From an uncultured delta proteobacterium (GTDB lineage: Bacteria; Myxococcota; Myxococcia; Myxococcales; Anaeromyxobacteraceae), in contig CAWJSR010000043.1 in the NCBI GenBank assembly GCA_963845515.1, positions 1-18,041 on the forward strand: a stretch of DNA of 18,041 bases, read 5' to 3'. Made by a program: the position numbers and the translations under genes. Of this stretch, positions 8,103-14,291 are shown in pieces. The notes below the pieces were generated by a model that did not search any database, was not told the DNA's origin, and worked only from the letters and a program-made list of their open reading frames with translations. The stretch's first letter is position 1; the number at the start of each line of letters is the position of its first letter.

Positions 8103-9892
8103 GCCGAGTCGGTACCACCATCCTGGTCGGCCTGGCCGCGTCGCCCGGCATCGCCATCGGGCGGTGCTGGACGATCGACCGCCGCCGCGTGCGGACCCCC
8201 AAGCGCAAGCTCGGTCAGGAGGAGGTCGAGCCGGAGGTCCACCGGCTGAGGAACGCGCTCGAGATCTCCGACCTGCAGCTCGCCGACGTTCGGGCCAAGA
8301 TCGCCAGGAACGAGGGGTCCGGCGGCACGGACCACACGGCGATCCTCGACATGCACCGGATGATGCTCAAGGACGAGATGCTCGTCCTCGAGGCGCAGCG
8401 GCTCATCCGGGAGGAGCGGCTCAACGCCGAGTGGGCGGTCAAGCGGGCGCTCCGCAAGATCAAGGGCGCGTTCCACGAGCAGGCCGACGAGTACTTCAAG
8501 GAGCGGCGCGCAGACATCGACTTCGTCGGCGAGCGGATCGTGAAGAACCTCGTCGGGCAGCCCGTCGACGTCGACGACCTGCCGCCGGAGGGGGCGATCA
8601 TCGTCGCCCACGACCTGTCGCCCGCGGACACGGCGCTGCTGCTCCACGAGCGCAAGATCGGCGGCTTCGTCACCGACGTGGGCACCAAGACCTCCCACAC
8701 TGCCATCGTCGCCCGCGCCCTGGAGCTGCCGGCGGTCGTCGGGGTCGGCCGCGTCTCCGCCCTCGCCGAGCGGGGTGACTGGGTCGTCGTCGACGGCGGC
8801 CGCGGGACGGTGGTCATCAACCCGACCCCCGAGGAGCGGACCGGCTACCAGGACGCGCGCGAGCGCTACCTGGCCGAGGAGCGGCAGCTGCTCGCCGACA
8901 AGGACCTCCCGGCGACGACGCTCGACGGGACGACGGTGCGGCTCGTGGGGAACATCGAGTTCGCCGAGGAGGTGCCGAGCCTGATCGCGCACGGCGGCGA
9001 GGCGGTGGGGCTCTACCGGACCGAGTTCCTCTACCTCCAGCGGGACGAGCTGCCGTCAGAAGAGGAGCAGTTCGACACCTACGTCGAGATGCTAGAGGCG
9101 CTGAAGCCGCGCCCGGTCACCATCCGGACCTTCGATCTCGGTGGGGACAAGCTCCCGGCCGGCTTCCGGAGCCACGCCGAGAACCCGGCGCTCGGCCTGC
9201 GCGCCATCCGGTACTGCCTCCGGCAGCCGGACATGTTCCGGTCACAGCTCCGGGCGCTGCTGCGCGCCGCGCCGTACGGCAACCTGCGCATCATGTTCCC
9301 GATGATCTCGGGGATCGTGGAGCTGCGCGCGGCGAAGCGGGCACTCTACGAGGCGCGGGACGAGCTGGTGAAGGAGGGGCACGAGGTCGAGGTGCCCTCG
9401 CTCGGGATCATGATCGAGCTGCCCTCGGCGGCGATGGTGGCGGACCGGCTGTCCCGCGAGTGCGACTTCTTCTCGATCGGGACCAACGACCTCATCCAGT
9501 ACACGATCGGGATCGACCGCCAGAACAAGGACGTGGCCTACCTCTACCGGCCGCTCCACCTCGCCGTGCTCCGGATGGTCAAGCTCATCTGCGACGCCGG
9601 GCGCGCGGCGGGGATCCCGGTCTCGATGTGCGGGGAGATGGCCGGCGACCCCGTCAACGCGCTCGTCCTCATCGGGCTCGGCGTCACCGAGCTCTCGATG
9701 AACGGCCCCTCCATCCCGTTCGTGAAGCGCGTCGTGCGCGCCGCCCGCGCCTCCGACGCGCAGGCGCTCGTGGATCGGCTCCTCGCCCTGACCGCCGCCG
9801 ACGAGATCGAGCGCGAGGTGAGGACGGAGATGGCGCGCCGCTTCCCATGGCTCGTCAGCGAAGAGCCGCTGGTGGGGCCGGGCGGGACCTGA
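8099..9892 (+). CDS. ptsI: Phosphoenolpyruvate-protein phosphotransferase (PTS Enzyme I, no GAF domain)
   Basis: GLAASPGIAIG, TKTSHTAIVARAL (phospho-His), GLYRTEFL, IRTFDLGGDK, FSIGTNDLIQY, MCGEMAG. Confidence 0.98.
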   Translation: MSRVGTTILVGLAASPGIAIGRCWTIDRRRVRTPKRKLGQEEVEPEVHRLRNALEISDLQLADVRAKIARNEGSGGTDHTAILDMHRMMLKDEMLVLEAQRLIREERLNAEWAVKRALRKIKGAFHEQADEYFKERRADIDFVGERIVKNLVGQPVDVDDLPPEGAIIVAHDLSPADTALLLHERKIGGFVTDVGTKTSHTAIVARALELPAVVGVGRVSALAERGDWVVVDGGRGTVVINPTPEERTGYQDARERYLAEERQLLADKDLPATTLDGTTVRLVGNIEFAEEVPSLIAHGGEAVGLYRTEFLYLQRDELPSEEEQFDTYVEMLEALKPRPVTIRTFDLGGDKLPAGFRSHAENPALGLRAIRYCLRQPDMFRSQLRALLRAAPYGNLRIMFPMISGIVELRAAKRALYEARDELVKEGHEVEVPSLGIMIELPSAAMVADRLSRECDFFSIGTNDLIQYTIGIDRQNKDVAYLYRPLHLAVLRMVKLICDAGRAAGIPVSMCGEMAGDPVNALVLIGLGVTELSMNGPSIPFVKRVVRAARASDAQALVDRLLALTAADEIEREVRTEMARRFPWLVSEEPLVGPGGT

Positions 9893-9949
9893 GCCCGCCG
9901 AAAACGTGCGCTGACGTCCCACCCCCATCCGGCCCGGCCGCCCCGCGAG

Positions 9950-9978
9950 TTGACACCCGTGGACGGTGCCGCTTTATT
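9950..9978 (+). promoter_or_regulatory. Putative sigma70 promoter of metK
   Basis: Perfect TTGACA (9950-9955), 17 bp spacer, TTTATT (9973-9978). SD GGGGAG at 9995-10000. Confidence 0.6.
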
Positions 9979-10009
9979 GGCGCCCTTCCAGCCAGGGGAG
10001 CGCCGCTCA

Positions 10010-11164
10010 ATGACCGCCACCGACTACCTCTTCACCTCCGAGTCCGTCACCGAGGGCCATCCCGACAAGATGGCGGACCAGATCTCCGACGCCGTGCTCG
10101 ACGCGATCCTGAAGCAGGATCCGAAGGGCCGCGTGGCGTGCGAGACGCTCCTCAAGACCGGGTTCGTCGTCGTCGCCGGCGAGATCACCACGAGCGCCCG
10201 CATCGACTACTCCAAGCTGGCGCGCGAGACGGTGAAGCGGATCGGCTACACCGACAGCGCGATGGGCTTCGACGGGAACACCTGCGGCGTGCTCGTCGCG
10301 GTGGATCAGCAGTCGCCCGACATCGCGCAGGGGGTCGACACCGGCGGCGCCGGCGACCAGGGGATGATGTTCGGCTACGCGTGCGACGAGACGCCTGAGC
10401 TGATGCCCGCGCCCATCCAGTACGCCCACGCCGTGACGCGGCAGCTCGCGAAGGCCCGCCGCGCCGGGCTCGACTTCCTCCGCCCGGACGGCAAGTCGCA
10501 GGTCACCGTCGAGTACCGCGACCGTAAGCCGGTCAGGATCGACACCGTGGTCGTCTCGACCCAGCACTCCGAGGACGTCTCGAGCAAGAAGCTGAAGGAG
10601 GCGGTGCTGGAGCAGGTCATCTTCAAGGCGCTGCCGAGGCGGCTCCTCGACAAGAAGACGAAGTTCCACATCAACCCGACCGGCCGCTTCGTCGTCGGCG
10701 GGCCGATGGGCGACACCGGCGTGACCGGCCGCAAGATCATCGTCGACACCTACGGCGGGATGGGGCGCCACGGTGGCGGCGCCTTCTCCGGCAAGGACCC
10801 GTCCAAGGTCGACCGCTCCGCCGCCTACATGGGGCGCTACGTCGCGAAGAACGTGGTGGCGGCCGGGCTCGCGAGCCGCTGCGAGGTCCAGATCGCGTAC
10901 GCCATCGGCGTCGCCGACCCCGTCTCCGTGATGGTGGACACCTTCGGCACCGGCACGGTCGCCGAGGAGAAGATCGCCGCCGCCATCCGGAAGGTCTTCG
11001 GGCTGAAGCCCCGCGAGATCACCGCCGGGCTCGACCTGCTGAGGCCGATCTACGAGAAGACCGCCGCGTACGGTCACTTCGGCCGCTCCGAGAAGTCGTT
11101 CACCTGGGAGCTGACGGACAGGGCCGAGGCGCTCGCCGCCGCCGCAGGGCCGAAGAAGCGGTAG
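10010..11164 (+). CDS. metK: S-adenosylmethionine synthetase
   Basis: [59 protein letters not shown]. Confidence 0.99.
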   Translation: MTATDYLFTSESVTEGHPDKMADQISDAVLDAILKQDPKGRVACETLLKTGFVVVAGEITTSARIDYSKLARETVKRIGYTDSAMGFDGNTCGVLVAVDQQSPDIAQGVDTGGAGDQGMMFGYACDETPELMPAPIQYAHAVTRQLAKARRAGLDFLRPDGKSQVTVEYRDRKPVRIDTVVVSTQHSEDVSSKKLKEAVLEQVIFKALPRRLLDKKTKFHINPTGRFVVGGPMGDTGVTGRKIIVDTYGGMGRHGGGAFSGKDPSKVDRSAAYMGRYVAKNVVAAGLASRCEVQIAYAIGVADPVSVMVDTFGTGTVAEEKIAAAIRKVFGLKPREITAGLDLLRPIYEKTAAYGHFGRSEKSFTWELTDRAEALAAAAGPKKR

Positions 11165-11218
11165 CGCCGCGCCCCCTCTCGCCGGCACGAGGGCTGGCCC
11201 GTCGCCGAGCAGGACGCC

Positions 11219-11866
11219 GTGCGGCTCGAGGCGCGGCTGCGTGCCCGCCGGAGCGAGGCCGAGCGGTTCTTCGCCGGCGCGGCGGCCGAGTGGGATCGCG
11301 TCCGGAGCGAGGCGTACGGGCGCGACTTCGAGCTGGCGCTGCTCGGCGCGCTGCGTGCCGAGCGGGTGGACGATCGCCGACCTCGGCTGCGGCACGGGCT
11401 CCTTCACGCTGGAGCTCGCGAAGTCGGGCGCGCGCGTCGTCGGCGTCGATCAGTCCGCCGCGATGCTGAAGCACGCCCGCCGCCAGCTCGCGGGGTTCGA
11501 GAACGTCGATCTCCAGCAGGCCGGCCTCGAGGGGCTCCCGATCCCGGAGCGCGCCAGCGACGTGGCGTTGCTCGTCCTCGCGCTCTCGTACGTCTCGGAG
11601 GTCGAGCCGGTGTTCCGCGAGGCCTCCGGATCCTGGCCCCGGGCGGCCGCCTCTTCGTCGTCGACGCCGTCGCCCATGGCGACGAGCCGTTCCGGCGGAG
11701 GCTCGGGCAGGCGCGGCCCGGGATCGACCCCCGATGGCTCCTCGACGCGCTCGGCGCGATCGGCTTCGATCCCGTCTCCGGCGGGACCCCCGTCTCGTCC
11801 CGCACCGGCCGCACCGGCCCCGACCTGTTCCTCGCGCACGGGACCCGCCCCCGCGCGAAGGCCTGA
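11219..11866 (+). pseudogene. SahR-like (ArsR-methyltransferase) regulator remnant: linker + class I SAM-binding domain, no HTH, two compensating frameshifts
   Basis: Reconstructed: [24 protein letters not shown] /+1 near 11354/ [36 protein letters not shown] /-1 near 11624/ [14 protein letters not shown]. Lies between metK and ahcY. Start is uncertain; similarity appears to extend back to about 11200. Confidence 0.75.
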
Positions 11867-11891
11867 ACGCTTCCTCACAGGAGAAGTCCCG

Positions 11892-13387
11892 ATGGCCATC
11901 TCGAAGAAGGCACCGAAGTCCGCCGCGAAGAAGCCCGCGAAGAAGGGCGGCGCCCCGTTCGAGTTCCGCGTGAAGGACCTCTCGCTCGCCGACTGGGGGC
12001 GCAAGGAGATCGAGCTGGCGGAGAAGGAGATGCCGGGGCTCATGGCCGTCCGGCGCGAGTACCGGAAGAAGCAGCCCCTCGCTGGGCAGCGGATCACCGG
12101 CTCGCTCCACATGACGATCCAGACCGCTGTCCTCGCGGAGACGCTCGCAGATCTCGGCGCCGACGTCCGCTGGGCGAGCTGCAACATCTTCTCGACGCAG
12201 GACCACGCTGCGGCGGCGCTCGTCGTCGGCCGCGGCGGGACGGTGACGAGGCCGGCCGGGATCCCGACCTTCGCCTGGAAGGGCGAGACGCTCGAGGAGT
12301 ACTGGGACCTGACCGAGCGGGCGCTCGACTTCGGCGGCGGCCGCGGCCCGACGCAGATCGTCGACGACGGCGGTGACGCGACGCTGCTGATCCACAAGGG
12401 GGTCGAGTACGAGAAGGCCGGCAAGGTGCCGAGCCCGGCCACGGCCGACTCCGAGGAGTTCGCCGTGGTCCTGAAGGTGCTGGGACGCGAGCTGAAGAAG
12501 GACCCGATGCGCTGGCGGCGCGTCGCCTCCTTCTGCGCCGGCGTGACGGAGGAGACGACGACGGGCGTCCACCGGCTCTATGAGATGCAGAAGAAGGGGG
12601 AGCTGCTCTTCCCGGCCATCAACGTCAACGACTCGGTCACCAAGTCGAAGTTCGACAACCTCTACGGCTGCCGCCACTCGCTCGTCGACGGGCTCAACCG
12701 CGCCACGGACGTGATGCTCGCCGGCAAGCTCTGCGTGGTGCTCGGCTACGGCGACGTCGGCAAGGGCTGCGCCCAGGCGCTCCGCGGGCAGGGGGCGCGC
12801 GTCGTCGTCACCGAGATCGATCCGATCAACGCGCTGCAGGCGACGATGGAGGGGTACCAGGTGGTCCGGCGTGGAGGACGTGGTCTCGCACGGCCGACGT
12901 CTTCGTCACCGTGCACCGGCAACCTCGACGTCATCACCGTCGACCACATGAAGAAGATGAAGGACTGCGCCATCGTCGGGAACATCGGCCACTTCGACAA
13001 CGAGATCGACATGGCCGGCCTCAAGAAGGTGACGAAGCGGGTGAACATCAAGCCGCAGTACGACGCCTTCGTCTTCCCGGACGGCCGGCGGATCCTCGTC
13101 CTCGCCGAGGGGCGGCTGCTGAACCTCGGCTGCGCGACCGGCCACCCGTCCTTCGTCATGTCCAACAGCTTCACCAACCAGACGCTCGCCCAGATCGAGC
13201 TGGCCGCGAACCGCAAGGCGTACGACAGGAGAAGGTCTACACGCTGCCGAAGCAGCTCGACGAGAAGGTGGCGGCGCTCCACCTGGGGCAGATTGGCGCG
13301 CGGCTGACGAAGCTCACGCCGAAGCAGGCCGAGTACATCGGCGTCTCGCCGAGCGGGCCGTTCAAGCCCGACCACTACCGGTACTAG
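11892..13387 (+). CDS. ahcY: Adenosylhomocysteinase (SAH hydrolase), frameshifted as given, probably sequence errors
   Basis: [70 protein letters not shown]. Extra bases near 12870, 12889 and 12911, and a frameshift near 13230. Confidence 0.95.
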
Positions 13388-13391
13388 GTAG

Positions 13392-14206
13392 ATGCGGGTC
13401 GGCGGCTACGTAATCCACGGCGACGCGAGGGAGACGCTCCCGCGCTGCCTCGACTCCCTCCTCGCGGTCTGCGACGAGGTGGTGGCGGTCCACTCCGGCT
13501 CGAAGGACGGCTCCGCCGAGCTCGATCGCGCGCGCGGCGTAAGGGTGGTGGAGCACGCGTGGGAGGGGTACGGCGGTGCGCGCGCCGCCGCGGCCAGGGC
13601 GCTCGCGCACTGCGACTACCAGCTCTTCCTCGACTCCGACGAGTGGTTCGAGCCCGAGGCGATCGAGCGGCTGCGCGCCTGGAAGCGGTCCGGCCCTTCG
13701 GCGCCCCGCTACGTCCTGGTCCGCGACGACTGGGCCGAGCTGCCGACCGGGCGCTTCCTCTTCCGGACGGGAGCACCACGTGCGGCTCGCGCGCAGCGAC
13801 GCCGCCAGCCTGGGATCGCTCGATGGTCGTCCACGAGGCGCTCCCCCGGGCCGGCGCCGTCGAGACGGGCATCACGTTCGAGCACCGCTTCGTCACCGAC
13901 ATCGCCGCGCTCGCCGCGAAGGAGGACCGGTATGCGCTCCTCTGGGCGCTCGCCGCCCACCGCGACGGGAGGCGAGCGAAGGCGCCGCTGCCGTCGAAGG
14001 TCGTGCACGCGCTCCGCTACGCCATCGCCAAGGGGGCGATCTTCCGGGGCGGCGCGCAGGGCTGGCGGCTCGCGTGGACGGTGGCCAGCTACCACGGCCG
14101 CAAGCACGAGCTGCTGGCAGAGGTGGCCGCCGGAGGGCACGCCGAGGCGCGGCGCGCCCTCACCGAGGGGCGCTACGCCGACCTCTACGCGCTGCTGCCG
14201 CGGTGA
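13392..14206 (+). CDS. Glycosyltransferase family 2 (WaaE/KdtX-like), frameshifted as given
   Basis: LPRCLDSL..DEVVAV.SGSKDGS, WEGYG.AR, FLDSDE (DxD), later VHE motif. +1 indels near 13770 and 13810; removing them gives 270 aa. Confidence 0.82.
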
Positions 14207-14274
14207 GGCGCAGGCGGGCGGCGCAGCGGACCGCAGAAGTCGCGCCGTCTGAGACGCGTCGTGTCGCCCTCATC

Positions 14275-14283
14275 TGATACCTT
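14275..14283 (+). promoter_or_regulatory. Putative extended -10 promoter (TGnTACCTT) of the RM gene
   Basis: TG-a-TACCTT ends 8 nt before GTG 14292, with no SD. Confidence 0.45.
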
Positions 14284-14291
14284 CTGCGGCC

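Noticed and set aside
9893..10009. SAH or SAM riboswitch upstream of metK (GGGGAGCGCCGC resembles the SAH riboswitch core)
   Set aside because: The match is the SD region directly before the ATG, and the downstream riboswitch elements and pseudoknot partner are absent. An Infernal/Rfam scan would settle it.
11241..13307. 688-aa ORF suggesting a methyltransferase-AhcY fusion
   Set aside because: Created by the -1 indel near 11624. The true methyltransferase C-terminus lies in another frame (stop at 11866), and ahcY has its own SD and ATG at 11892.
11350..13812. Programmed frameshifting or phase variation as the cause of the indels
   Set aside because: No slippery heptamers or long homopolymer/SSR tracts at the sites, and too many events in housekeeping genes.
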